DNA of 36,797 bases from Methanothermococcus sp. SCGC AD-155-E23 (GCA_019561615.1 JAHEQA010000045.1:35740-72536), one strand, 5' to 3'; shown: positions 1 through 9,695, counted from the first letter of the stretch. Numbers and translations are program-made. Notes: a model not told the origin generated them from the sequence alone.

Positions 1-1
1 T

Positions 2-943
2 AACTTAGAGGAGATAGACACTACAACAGATCTCTTTGGAAAGAGGTTAGACGCCCCTCTTATTGTAACAGGTATAACTGGAGGTCATCCAAAGGCAAAG
101 GAGATAAACAAAAATATTGCAGAGGCTGTAGAGGAGCTTAACCTGGGAATGGGTGTAGGTTCCCAGAGGGCAGGTATAGTAGATAGTAGTGTTGAAGATA
201 CTTACGGGGTGGTAAGGGATTACGATATACCCCTTGTTATAGGTAACTTGGGAGCTGTTAACTTTATAGAGGATGGATGGAACGAAGATACTATTGAGAG
301 GGCTGTAGAGATGGTTGAGGGAGATGCCATGGCCATACACTTCAACCCCCTTCAGGAGGCTATCCAACCGGAGGGAAATACTAACTTCAAGGGGATATGT
401 GTCCTCAAGGATATTATCTCCAGCTATAAGAGGAGGTACAGGGATATACCCTTTATAGCCAAGGAGGTTGGTGAGGGGTTTTCCAGGGAGGATGCCATAA
501 CACTGAGGGAGATAGGTTTTGATGGTATAGATGTAGCTGGAAGTGGTGGTACCTCCTGGGCTATGGTGGAATACTACAGGATAAAGGATAGGGGGTTTAG
601 AGAGTTTTCAAAGAGATTCCTAGATTGGGGTATACCTACTGCAGTCTCCCTACTCTATGTAAAGGATGTCTTCCCAGGTACTATCATTGCAAGTGGTGGT
701 ATAAGATCTGGAATAGATATGGCCAAGTCTATAGCCCTAGGTGCCCACTGCTGTGGAGTTGCACTACCTGTATTGAGAGCTGCCTTAAGAGGTAGTAGGG
801 AAGTTGTAAAGGTACTTGAGAGGATGATTAAGGAGTTGAAGACAACTATGTTCCTGGTAGGTTGTGAAAATATAGAAACTCTAAGAAGGGCTAAGTACGT
901 AATAAAGGGAGAGTTAAGGGAGTGGTTGGATATAAAGGGTTAA
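2..943 (+). CDS. fni: Type 2 isopentenyl-diphosphate delta-isomerase (FMN-dependent), 5'-truncated by the window edge
   Basis: The frame is open from base 2 (NLEEIDTTTDLFGKRLDAPLIVTGITGG...). IDI-2 motifs GVGSQR, HFNPLQEAIQPEG, KEVGEG, GGTSW and ASGGIRSG are present. Confidence 0.95.
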   Translation, partial: NLEEIDTTTDLFGKRLDAPLIVTGITGGHPKAKEINKNIAEAVEELNLGMGVGSQRAGIVDSSVEDTYGVVRDYDIPLVIGNLGAVNFIEDGWNEDTIERAVEMVEGDAMAIHFNPLQEAIQPEGNTNFKGICVLKDIISSYKRRYRDIPFIAKEVGEGFSREDAITLREIGFDGIDVAGSGGTSWAMVEYYRIKDRGFREFSKRFLDWGIPTAVSLLYVKDVFPGTIIASGGIRSGIDMAKSIALGAHCCGVALPVLRAALRGSREVVKVLERMIKELKTTMFLVGCENIETLRRAKYVIKGELREWLDIKG

Positions 944-1066
944 AGATTAATACTACTTATAAAAACACAGAGAATTAGGTAAACACTTGGATTTTTTAAC
1001 TATGCTAGGTAGGAGGTAGGGGGTTTATAGTGTTGTTATTGTTTTTATATTAAAAAATAAAAGGGA

Positions 1067-2422
1067 GTGGTGGATTTGCAGTTAGAAGTAGTTGCTATTG
1101 GAGGATACGAGGAAGTTGGAAAAAATATGACTGCCATCAACGTAGATGGTGAGATAATAATATTTGACATGGGTCTGATGCTAGACAGGGTACTGATACA
1201 TGAGGATACAGATATCTCCAAGATGCACAGTTTAAATTTAATTGAGATGGGTATAATTCCAGACGATACAGTGATGAAGAATATTGAAGGTGAGGTTAAG
1301 GCTATAGTGGTTTCCCATGGACACCTGGATCACATAGGGGCTATAACTAAGTTGGCCCATAGGTACAACGCCCCAATTATTGGAACCCCCTACACCATAG
1401 AACTTATTAAGAGGGAGATATTAAGTGAGAAGAAATTCGATGTAAGAAACCCCCTAGTTACACTGAATCCAAGGGAGTCCATAGACTTAACACCTAACCT
1501 AACCCTGGAGTTTATAAATATAACCCACAGTATCCCAGATTCTGTACTTCCAGTTCTCCACACACCTTACGGCGCCATAGTCTATGGTAACGACTTTAAA
1601 TTTGATAACTTTCCAGTGGTAGGTGAGAGGCCAGATTACAGGGCTATAAAGAAGGTAGGTAAGGAAGGGGTACTATGTATGATATCAGAGAGTACAAGGG
1701 TTGAGTACGAGGGGAAGACACCCTCCGAGAAGGTGGCCTCAGATCTTTTAAAAAATGATCTCCTAGGTGCAGACAACCAGTCAAATGCAGTGATTGTCAC
1801 AACCTTCTCCTCCCATATAGCCAGGATAAAGTCTGCAACAGAGATTGCAGAGAAGATGGGTAGAACCCCTATACTTATAGGGAGGTCCATGGTAAAGTAC
1901 TGTGGTATAGCAGAGGACATAGGTATTGTAAAGTTTCCAGATGATACAAGGATGGCAGGGGATCCCTCTGCCGTAGACAGGATATTCCGGGAGATCATGA
2001 AGGAGGGTAAGGAGAATTATCTACTTATAGTAACAGGGCATCAGGGAGAGGAGGGGGCTGTACTCTCCAGGATGGCTACTGAGAAGACACCCTTTAAATT
2101 TGAGAAGTACGACCAGGTTGTATTCTCTGCAGATGTAATACCTAACCCTATGAACGCCGCCCAGAGGTATATGTTAGAGGCCCGTTTAAAGAGATTGGGG
2201 GTAAGGGTCTTTAAGGGAGCCCATGTCTCTGGACATGCCTCTAAGGAGGATCACAGGGACATGCTAAGGTGGATTAACCCTGAACATGTAATACCCTCCC
2301 ATGGAGATTTCAACCTTACAACAGCCTATGCCAAGTTGGCAGAGGAGGAGGGTTATAGGTTGGGGGAGGATGTACATCTACTTAGAAATGGCCAGAGTCT
2401 AAAATTCGAGAGAATTATTTAA
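1067..2422 (+). CDS. rnj: Archaeal RNase J (beta-CASP metallo-beta-lactamase ribonuclease)
   Basis: Motifs GGYEEVGKNM, SHGHLDHIG, THSIPD, DFKFD, HVSGHA and PSHG. It lies between fni and idsA, as is common in Euryarchaeota. Confidence 0.92.
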   Translation: MVDLQLEVVAIGGYEEVGKNMTAINVDGEIIIFDMGLMLDRVLIHEDTDISKMHSLNLIEMGIIPDDTVMKNIEGEVKAIVVSHGHLDHIGAITKLAHRYNAPIIGTPYTIELIKREILSEKKFDVRNPLVTLNPRESIDLTPNLTLEFINITHSIPDSVLPVLHTPYGAIVYGNDFKFDNFPVVGERPDYRAIKKVGKEGVLCMISESTRVEYEGKTPSEKVASDLLKNDLLGADNQSNAVIVTTFSSHIARIKSATEIAEKMGRTPILIGRSMVKYCGIAEDIGIVKFPDDTRMAGDPSAVDRIFREIMKEGKENYLLIVTGHQGEEGAVLSRMATEKTPFKFEKYDQVVFSADVIPNPMNAAQRYMLEARLKRLGVRVFKGAHVSGHASKEDHRDMLRWINPEHVIPSHGDFNLTTAYAKLAEEEGYRLGEDVHLLRNGQSLKFERII

Positions 2423-2449
2423 TCCTAATTTTTTAATTAAGGTGAAAAG

Positions 2450-3409
2450 ATGGAACCCTTTGACAAGGATATCCTATCTCTCATTGATAGAGAGTTAAAT
2501 AGATATTTAGAGGGCGAGGGTACTATATACAAGGCCTCTAGACATCTTCTACTGGCAGGAGGTAAGAGGATAAGGCCCTATCTCACAGTTATTACCTATA
2601 TGTTAAAGGGGGAGAGGATAGAGGAGGTACTTCCTGCAGCCCTTGCAGTTGAGTTGATCCACAACTACACCCTTATCCACGACGACATAATGGATAACGA
2701 CGACAGGAGGAGGGGAATACCCACTGTTCACGTAGTATATGGAAAACCCATGGCTATCCTTGCAGGAGATCTCCTCTATGCAAAGGCCTTTGTTGCAGTG
2801 TCAGATATAAGAGATTCTAAAAAGGCCCATGAAGTCCTTAAGGTACTCTCCAGATCCTGTGTAGATGTATGTGTGGGACAGGCCATGGATATGGAGTTTG
2901 AGGAGAGGGAGAATATTACCATGGAGGAATACCTGGAGATGATCTCCAAGAAAACTGGTGCCCTTATTGTAACCTCTGTGGAGATAGGTGCCATAATAGG
3001 GGAATGTTCCCCCGAGGAGAGGGAGGCCCTCAGGGAGTACGCCAAGAGGATAGGTCTAGCCTTCCAGATACAGGACGACATCCTAGACCTTATTGGCAAT
3101 AGGGATAAAATAGGGAAGCCCATAGGTAGTGATATAAGGGAGGGTAAGAAGACCCTCATAGTTATACATGCCCTTCAACATCTTCCAGAGGATAGAAAGA
3201 GAAGACTCTTGGAGATCCTTGGAAAGAGAGATGCCAGGGAGGAGGAGATAGAGGAAGCTATTGAGATACTTAAAGACTCCATAGAATTTGCCAGGGAGAT
3301 GGTAAAGAGGTATGTTACAGAGGCCAAAGAGTATCTAAAAATATTTGATAAAAATAAGAGGAAAAAGTTAGAGGATATAGCAGATTTTATTATGGAGAGG
3401 GTGTATTAA
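2450..3409 (+). CDS. idsA: Geranylgeranyl diphosphate / short-chain isoprenyl diphosphate synthase
   Basis: GGKRIRP, first Asp-rich motif HDDIMDNDDRRRG, GQAMD, KT, second motif FQIQDDILD. RBS GGTGA-AAAG-ATG. Confidence 0.95.
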   Translation: MEPFDKDILSLIDRELNRYLEGEGTIYKASRHLLLAGGKRIRPYLTVITYMLKGERIEEVLPAALAVELIHNYTLIHDDIMDNDDRRRGIPTVHVVYGKPMAILAGDLLYAKAFVAVSDIRDSKKAHEVLKVLSRSCVDVCVGQAMDMEFEERENITMEEYLEMISKKTGALIVTSVEIGAIIGECSPEEREALREYAKRIGLAFQIQDDILDLIGNRDKIGKPIGSDIREGKKTLIVIHALQHLPEDRKRRLLEILGKRDAREEEIEEAIEILKDSIEFAREMVKRYVTEAKEYLKIFDKNKRKKLEDIADFIMERVY

Positions 3410-4287
3410 AAGAAGGGATAGTACTCCCTCTTTATTACAGGCACCTCTGAGAAACAGTCCAGGGTCATGGAGTTAAGAAGGTACCCATCTACACCCTTTA
3501 GATTAACTAGTAGACATCCCTTGATAGTTACCTTGATATCAGGTGCCCTCTTCCCCATCTCATCTACTAGAAGTAGGAGGTCCCTTACTCTTCCAACACC
3601 TTCAACGTTACATATGCCCTCCAACCTATCCCTGTTTCCCCTGTGAACTATCAGGTGGTGTACCATTATCTCCTTAACCTTACTCTCCTTACTTAAGATT
3701 TCAGAGAGTTCTATTAACTCATTCCTGTTAAAGCCTGGGATATACACACATCTAACTATGGTGTAGAGATACTTGGAGGCTATTTTTATATTCTCCAGTA
3801 TCCTCTCAAAGGTTTTAGACCCAGTTATTTTCTCATGGGTCTCTGGGGTGGAGGCACTTAGACTTACCATGAGGATATCCAGCCCTAGGTCTTTAAACTC
3901 CCTTATTAAATCTTTATCTAGATTTACCCCGTTTGTCTGGAGGTCACACCTTAAGTTAAGTGATTTTGTAAATTCAATAGCCCTTTTAACCTTCTCTGGA
4001 TAGAGTAGAGGTTCTCCGTACTGACTAATAGTTACAGCTGTGTAATTTTTAGTATCTGGATTTTTAGGATCTATACCGTATATACCCTCCTTTACTTTAA
4101 GTAACCTGGAGTAACAGAATATACAGTTATGTTGGCACCTCTGGGTAATCTCTATAGAGGGGTGATGATAGGGGTTAGGATTACTTAAGTCTAGACCTTG
4201 ACAGCCTATACAGTGTTTTGAAACCCTTAGATTGTTTACAATATCCTCTAACCTATCACAGATTTCATGCCTGAGAAGTATCTTGAT
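3406..4287 (-). CDS. Radical SAM protein of unknown function (about 293 aa), probable ATC start codon
   Basis: The frame of ORF 3406-3870 stays open upstream to a TGA at 4300-4302. The extension encodes CX3CX2C (CQHNCIFC), an extra HCIGC, YGEPLL and QTNG. It has no in-frame ATG/GTG/TTG, and GGTGA-AAAT precedes ATC at 4287-4285. Confidence 0.85.
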   Translation of the reverse strand: MKILLRHEICDRLEDIVNNLRVSKHCIGCQGLDLSNPNPYHHPSIEITQRCQHNCIFCYSRLLKVKEGIYGIDPKNPDTKNYTAVTISQYGEPLLYPEKVKRAIEFTKSLNLRCDLQTNGVNLDKDLIREFKDLGLDILMVSLSASTPETHEKITGSKTFERILENIKIASKYLYTIVRCVYIPGFNRNELIELSEILSKESKVKEIMVHHLIVHRGNRDRLEGICNVEGVGRVRDLLLLVDEMGKRAPDIKVTIKGCLLVNLKGVDGYLLNSMTLDCFSEVPVIKREYYPFF

Positions 4288-4318
4288 ATTTTCACCCTCT
4301 CAGGGGATAAAAAAGTAG

Positions 4319-4555
4319 TTATTCTAAAAGCCCTGCTGCGTCCAGGGCCAACTTAACCTCCTCAGTTGAGGCACCCTTTTTAATATCTACCTTCTTCTCG
4401 GTGGGCTCTATATGTTTTATATTACACTTCCTCCTCTTCACATTCCCATCTATTAAAACAAAGTTCTTGTCTATTACATCTACTATGACACAGATCTTTC
4501 CTGCCTCTCTTCCCATTGTTTTAACACATACCCTTCCCACTTCAATTGCAGCCAT
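4319..4555 (-). CDS. rpl14e: 50S ribosomal protein L14e
   Basis: [52 protein letters not shown]; part of the rpl34e-cmk-rpl14e cluster. Confidence 0.96.
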   Translation of the reverse strand: MAAIEVGRVCVKTMGREAGKICVIVDVIDKNFVLIDGNVKRRKCNIKHIEPTEKKVDIKKGASTEEVKLALDAAGLLE

Positions 4556-4559
4556 TCTT

Positions 4560-5108
4560 TCACCCTTCCTCTTTTTTTAAACTGTCTATACACTTACAGA
4601 TGATGTTAAATACACCATCTACATCCCAACGTGAGGTGTCTAGGACAAGGTGATAGATAGAGAGATCCTCTAGATCTATGTTGTAGATCTCTTTATAACG
4701 TTTTTTCTCACTTTTCTCCCTCTCAATCATTTCCGAGAGGGTTTTTTCCATATCCTTCTTCTCCCTCTTACTTATCCTCTCACATCTAACCATTGGAGGA
4801 GCCTTTAGCCATATGGAAAGTGTAGGTTCTATGTTATGTTTCTTCAGTATCCAGGCTGTAAGTCGCCCCTCTAGTACTACGTTCCCCTCCTTTGCAATTT
4901 CTACCTGCATGGCATCTATCTCCCTGTCTATCTCTGGATGCTCCTCTGCGTACCTACTGAACTCTGAGAGATCCATGTTCATCTTCTTAGCCATCTCCCT
5001 GAAGATAAACCCTGCACATACATGTTTCAAACCATACTTTTTAGCAATCATCTTGGATATTGTTGTAGTTCCACTACCAGGAGGTCCTCCAATGGTTATT
5101 ATCATCAC
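4560..5108 (-). CDS. cmk: Archaeal cytidylate kinase
   Basis: P-loop [25 protein letters not shown]; lies between rpl34e and rpl14e. Confidence 0.93.
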   Translation of the reverse strand: MMIITIGGPPGSGTTTISKMIAKKYGLKHVCAGFIFREMAKKMNMDLSEFSRYAEEHPEIDREIDAMQVEIAKEGNVVLEGRLTAWILKKHNIEPTLSIWLKAPPMVRCERISKREKKDMEKTLSEMIEREKSEKKRYKEIYNIDLEDLSIYHLVLDTSRWDVDGVFNIICKCIDSLKKEEG

Positions 5109-5114
5109 AACACC

Positions 5115-5390
5115 TTATAACTTTAAATTTCTTGCCCTCTCTATCATCAATCTCCTTAGGCACCTTGGACAGAGGTAACCACCGTATGGCCTCTCAGGCC
5201 TCTTCTCTGTTTTAGATAATTTCCTGATCTCGGAGGGCCTACCCCTTGGGACACCATTTAGGATGGCGCCACATTGGGCACACTTTGCCTTATCAGGTTT
5301 TCTCCTCCTGTAGTGTATCAATGTTCTGTTACCTGGTCCTCTCTTAAAAACCTTCTTTAGAGACCTAGATCTATACCTTGGAGCAGGCAT
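5115..5390 (-). CDS. rpl34e: 50S ribosomal protein L34e
   Basis: [14 protein letters not shown]...[15 protein letters not shown] zinc motif. Confidence 0.96.
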   Translation of the reverse strand: MPAPRYRSRSLKKVFKRGPGNRTLIHYRRRKPDKAKCAQCGAILNGVPRGRPSEIRKLSKTEKRPERPYGGYLCPRCLRRLMIERARNLKL

Positions 5391-5497
5391 ATAGATAACC
5401 TCCCAGGATGTTTATAAAAATAAAAAATAGCAGGGACGTTACTTAATTAGAAAGAGGGTATACCTCCTACTATTTAAATCTTTCGTAGAGGGAGATC

Positions 5498-6493
5498 TTG
5501 AGGGAGATAGATATCAGAGAGTTAAAGAGATACTGTAACCCCTCCTATCTAACTATTAGGAGGGACAAGATTATTGTAAACAGTAGAAGGCTAGCTGGAA
5601 TATCCAGGGCAAAGAAGGAGAAGATAGAGAGGAGATTTAAGATACCTGTAATCTACTCTGAGAGCTACGAGCTAATATCCCAGAAGATGGGGAGGTATGT
5701 ATCCAGATACCGTATAATATCGCCAGGGGATGTGTTGATAGTAGGGTTAAGTGGGGGCAAGGACAGTTTGGCACTACTTCATCTTCTGGAATCCTATAGA
5801 CGTAGATTTGGGGTGAAGATATACGCCCTTACAGTAGATGTGAATGTGGGGGGTATTAGACCCTGGCATCCTGAGAGTGAAAGTGTAAAAAAGATAGTTG
5901 AGCACTGCGAGGCCCTAAATATCCCCCACAAATTGATATCCTTTAAGGAGGATGTAGTTAAGATGTCCCAGCTACTCTCAGACAACTCTACAGGTATTGT
6001 ATACTCCCCCTGCTTCTCCTGCTCCATAGTTAGAAGATATCTCCTAACTAACTTTGCCATGGAGTTAGTTGAGAAGGGGGTTGAGAAGAACAAGATAAAG
6101 ATATGTCTGGGACATACCCTAGAGGATAACTCAGATACTGTACTGGCAAATATCTTTAAGGGAGACATTATAAGGGTTCTAGAACCTATTAAAAATTTTG
6201 AGGAGACTACCTTTGACTTCAAAGAGTTTAAACTTAGACTACGACCATGTACCATAGTAAGGCCTCTACTAAGTGTTTCAGAGAAGGATATCTTAAAGGC
6301 CTTGAAGGAATGTGGTATCCAGTACTACAGGGATAAGGAGGTATGTCCCTACAGTAGGGATAGGGGGGACAGTATAAGGAGAAGGTGTCATGAGATACTG
6401 GAGGACCTTGAGAAGGATGTTAAAAACATAAGGGAGATGGTGGTCTCCTCTGTATTAAAATCCATAGAGTACTACAGAGGTAGAGGAGTATAA
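5498..6493 (+). CDS. PP-loop ATPase, TtcA/TtuA-like putative tRNA thiolation enzyme
   Basis: SGGKDS PP-loop, SPCFSC...RR, GHTLED, VRPL, CPYS. Confidence 0.75.
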   Translation: MREIDIRELKRYCNPSYLTIRRDKIIVNSRRLAGISRAKKEKIERRFKIPVIYSESYELISQKMGRYVSRYRIISPGDVLIVGLSGGKDSLALLHLLESYRRRFGVKIYALTVDVNVGGIRPWHPESESVKKIVEHCEALNIPHKLISFKEDVVKMSQLLSDNSTGIVYSPCFSCSIVRRYLLTNFAMELVEKGVEKNKIKICLGHTLEDNSDTVLANIFKGDIIRVLEPIKNFEETTFDFKEFKLRLRPCTIVRPLLSVSEKDILKALKECGIQYYRDKEVCPYSRDRGDSIRRRCHEILEDLEKDVKNIREMVVSSVLKSIEYYRGRGV

Positions 6494-6572
6494 TCTCAAG
6501 AAATATTTATATAATAATAGGGGGCAGAAAAAAGAGTGTAAAGGGGGAAAATTTTTAATGAAGGGATTTTAG

Positions 6573-8204
6573 GTGGTAGAAATGAGGAAAAAGTTGTTAA
6601 TACTAGCCGCCTTGGCATTAATGCTAGGTTTGGTGAACATGATATACGCTGAGAAAGAGGAGGATTTACTCTGGAAATACGAGACAGAGAGTGATATTAA
6701 CTCTGTGGCAATAACTCCTGATGGGGAGTATATAGTTGCTGGAAGTGGAACCCACTACCTCCTTGAAGAAGGTGGTAAGGTATATATCTTCAATAAAAAG
6801 GGACAGGTACTGAGAAACTATAAAGCAGAGGATAAGGTCAATTCCGTAGCTATAACACCTAATGGGGAGTACATAGTTGCAGGAAGTGACGACGATCACG
6901 TTTACTTCTTCAGTGTAGAGGGAATACTGTTATGGGAGTACAAGACAGGGGGTAGTGTTAACTCAGTGGCTATAACCTCAGATGGGGAGTACATAGTTGC
7001 AGGAAGTGACGACGATCACGTATACCTTCTAGATAGAGATGGGGCAGTGATATGGAAGTATAACGTAGATGATAACGTCCTATCAGTGGCAATAACACCA
7101 GATGGTAAATACATAGTTGCAGGAAGTGAGAATAACTACATATACTTCCTCAACAAAGATGGAGTGTTACTTTGGAGATATAAGACACAGGGGGATGTTA
7201 ACTCCTTGGCAATAACACCAGATGGTAAATACATAGTTGCAGGAAGTGGTGACAGGGGAGTTTACGGTTACAGTAAATCAGGTCAGGTCTCTTTCTTCAA
7301 CAAAGAGGGAGAGTACCTCTGGGATCACTGGACAGATGGAAGTGTTAACTCAGTGGCTATAACCTCAGATGGGGAGTACATAGTTGCAGGAAGTGACGAC
7401 GATCACGTTTACTTCTTCAACAAAGATGGAGTGTTACTTTGGAGATATAAGACAGCGGGCGATGTGGACGCTGTAACAATAACACCTGATGGAAAGTACA
7501 TAGCTGCTGGGGGTAGTGGCAACAGGGTCTACCTTTTAAACAGTGATGGGGGAGTACTCTGGGATCACTGGACATATGGAGATGTTAAGTCAGTGGCAAT
7601 AACACCAGATGGTAGATATATAGCTGCAGGAAGTGGGGACACCTTGCGAGGTGAGGTATACCTCTTCAGCCCCTGGGAGGCTATGCTTAAAAAGATAATA
7701 GAAGATGCCAGATCAACCATCTCAAGGATAAAGTTAAAATACAACGTAAAAGAGGCTGAGTTACTCCTTGCCCAGGCAGAGGCTGCATTTAAGAAGGGTG
7801 ACTATACCAAGGCAGAGGAACTTGCCTTAAAAGCTAAGAGAAAGGCTATAGAGATAAGTAAACAGGCTAAGGAAGTTGAAAAGATAATAGAAGACGCCAG
7901 ATTAACCATCCTAGAGGAGATGTTGAAGTATAACGTAAAAAAAGCTGAGTTACTCCTTGCCCAGGCAGAGGCTGCATTTAAGAAGGGTGACTATACCAAG
8001 GCAGAGGAACTTGCCCTGAAGGCGAAATCCCTTGCCCTGGACATAGACCAGGATGGAATACCCAACGAGGAGGACATATTCCCATATATAAACAACTACT
8101 ATATCTACGCCGGAATTGGGATACTAGTAATAGCTATAGTACTGGCATCTATAGGCTTTGCAATATACCTCTATAGAAATAGGAAAAGGGATATAGGGCT
8201 ATAA
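6573..8204 (+). CDS. Secreted, membrane-anchored 8-bladed WD40/PQQ-like beta-propeller protein with a helical stalk (start probably ATG at 6582)
   Basis: Signal peptide MRKKLLILAALALMLGLV; eight SVAITPDGxYIVAGS repeats; two 63-aa helical repeats; DIDQDGIPNEED Ca-binding-like motif; C-terminal TM helix followed by a basic tail. Confidence 0.85.
   Translation: MVEMRKKLLILAALALMLGLVNMIYAEKEEDLLWKYETESDINSVAITPDGEYIVAGSGTHYLLEEGGKVYIFNKKGQVLRNYKAEDKVNSVAITPNGEYIVAGSDDDHVYFFSVEGILLWEYKTGGSVNSVAITSDGEYIVAGSDDDHVYLLDRDGAVIWKYNVDDNVLSVAITPDGKYIVAGSENNYIYFLNKDGVLLWRYKTQGDVNSLAITPDGKYIVAGSGDRGVYGYSKSGQVSFFNKEGEYLWDHWTDGSVNSVAITSDGEYIVAGSDDDHVYFFNKDGVLLWRYKTAGDVDAVTITPDGKYIAAGGSGNRVYLLNSDGGVLWDHWTYGDVKSVAITPDGRYIAAGSGDTLRGEVYLFSPWEAMLKKIIEDARSTISRIKLKYNVKEAELLLAQAEAAFKKGDYTKAEELALKAKRKAIEISKQAKEVEKIIEDARLTILEEMLKYNVKKAELLLAQAEAAFKKGDYTKAEELALKAKSLALDIDQDGIPNEEDIFPYINNYYIYAGIGILVIAIVLASIGFAIYLYRNRKRDIGL
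6954..7408 (+). repeat. Intragenic direct repeat: identical 68-nt copies at 6954-7021 and 7341-7408 (blades 3 and 6), plus shorter shared blocks in other blades
   Basis: agtgttaactcagtggctataacctcagatggggagtacatagttgcaggaagtgacgacgatcacgt is read at both positions. Confidence 0.9.
7755..8015 (+). repeat. Intragenic direct repeat: identical 72-nt copies at 7755-7826 and 7944-8015 (189-nt period)
   Basis: gctgagttactccttgcccaggcagaggctgcatttaagaagggtgactataccaaggcagaggaacttgcc occurs twice and encodes AELLLAQAEAAFKKGDYTKAEELA. Confidence 0.9.
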
Positions 8205-8231
8205 TCTCTTTTTTATTTTTACAGGGATAGG

Positions 8232-8759
8232 ATGGGTAGGGCAGTATTTATACCTAGGAAGGAACTCCATGGCAACCTAGTAAAGGTATTAGACGCCTCC
8301 TCTTTTATCCATGGTTACAACCCCTCCCTGGAGAAGGGGGAGCACTATACCACCAGTGGTGTAGTGGAAGAGGTGAAAAGTAAGAGGGATGTTATCTATC
8401 TCGCCCTGGAGTATGGGAAGTTATTTATCAGGGAACCTAGAAGGGAAACTGTAGAAAGGGTAAAAAAAGCCTCCTTGGAAACTGGGGATAACCTCTCTCA
8501 ATGTGATATGGAGATACTGGCCCTGGCTATAGACCTAGGTGGAATACTTTATACAGACGACTACGGATTACAGAACGTAGCCAGGAAACTCTCTGTCCCA
8601 TTTAGACCTGTAATAGCCAGGGGGATAAGGGAGGAGTTTACATGGAGACTTGTATGTAGAGGATGTAAGAGGATATACCCTATAGACTACCAGGAGGAGG
8701 TCTGTGAGATCTGTGGAAGTCCCCTGGAGCGAAAGAGGGTTAAGAAAAGGGGAAACTAA
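8232..8759 (+). CDS. nob1: Nob1-family endoribonuclease (PIN domain plus Zn ribbon)
   Basis: VLDASSFI, LSQCDMEILALA, LYTDDYGLQNVA, CRGC...CEICG. Confidence 0.9.
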   Translation: MGRAVFIPRKELHGNLVKVLDASSFIHGYNPSLEKGEHYTTSGVVEEVKSKRDVIYLALEYGKLFIREPRRETVERVKKASLETGDNLSQCDMEILALAIDLGGILYTDDYGLQNVARKLSVPFRPVIARGIREEFTWRLVCRGCKRIYPIDYQEEVCEICGSPLERKRVKKRGN

Positions 8760-9695
8760 ATATCCTTTATACTTTCCCAGCAGGCCTTTAAAACCTGGAC
8801 AGAGTGTTTAAAGGTTTCAAGTTCCTCGGGACCTTATAGGTACTATCTCCTCTATACCCTTCCTACCTAACTTAACTGGCACCCCTATACATACACCACC
8901 TATACCGTCTATCTCCCCATCGAGGTAGGTGGAAAGTGTTAGTACCCTTTTCTCGTCGTTGATTATGGTCCTTATTACGTTAACCACTGCAGAGGCTGGA
9001 CCATACTCTGAACCTCCCTTTAATCTAATAATCTCCTCCCCTCTACTTTTCACAAGTTCCACTATCTCCCTGTAGGGGAGGTTCTCAAAACCTGGCATCC
9101 TACTTATAGGTATTCCTCCAATTGCCGTTGCACTTAGAAGGGGTACCATAGTATCCCCATGCTCTCCTATGATTCTAGTCCTCACCTCCCCAATATGTAC
9201 CCCAAAGTACTTTGCAATAGCCACCTTAAACCTCATGGAGTCTAGATGGGTACCTAGTCCAAAGACCTGGCTCCTGTCATAACCACTTTCAAAGAGTGCC
9301 TTCTGGGTCATAATATCTACAGGGTTAGTCACTATAAACAACTTGGTGTCACAGGTCTTAGATATATCCTTTACATAGTTCTTGATAATCTTTGCATTTA
9401 CCTTCGCCAGATCCAACCTGGACATACCGTCCTTCCTTGGCACCCCTGCAGAGATCACTGTAATCTCACTACCATCTACAGCATCTGGAATCTCTTTGTC
9501 ACTGTAGATCTCTATCTCTGCATCTCTGGCCTCAGCTGCAAGGGCGTCGTACATATCCATCCTAATACCTTCCAATTTTTTCAAGGACTTCTCCCTGGAT
9601 ATGAGAACTATATGTTTTATAGAGGGTTCCCTTGCAAGTAAAAAGGATACTGTAGAACCTATCCTTCCAGAGGCTCCAATAACTGCTATCTTCAT
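8756..9695 (-). CDS. mdh: Malate/lactate dehydrogenase family protein (archaeal MDH) with an apparent frameshift near 8831
   Basis: GASGRIG Rossmann motif, AGVPRKDGMSRLDL, VTNPVD, LDSMR, GEHGD. The main frame ends ...IVPIRSRGT*. The expected C-terminal helix PEELETFKHSVQVLKACWESIKDI* continues in another frame to TAG at 8758-8756. Confidence 0.88.

Noticed and set aside
2-3409. RNase J embedded between isoprenoid genes
   Set aside because: fni-rnj-idsA is a known conserved euryarchaeal gene order.
4300-4302. Selenocysteine or read-through TGA linking the radical SAM gene to upstream sequence
   Set aside because: The codon lies upstream of a well-placed RBS in a short intergenic gap and no conserved Cys position is implied.
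6954-8015. Beta-propeller repeats as a diversity-generating retroelement template/variable pair
   Set aside because: The copies are identical and in frame, with no adenine-specific mismatches and no reverse transcriptase in the window.
8808-8819. Selenocysteine read-through of the mdh TGA
   Set aside because: The frame hits TAA two codons later, and the true C-terminus is in a different frame.
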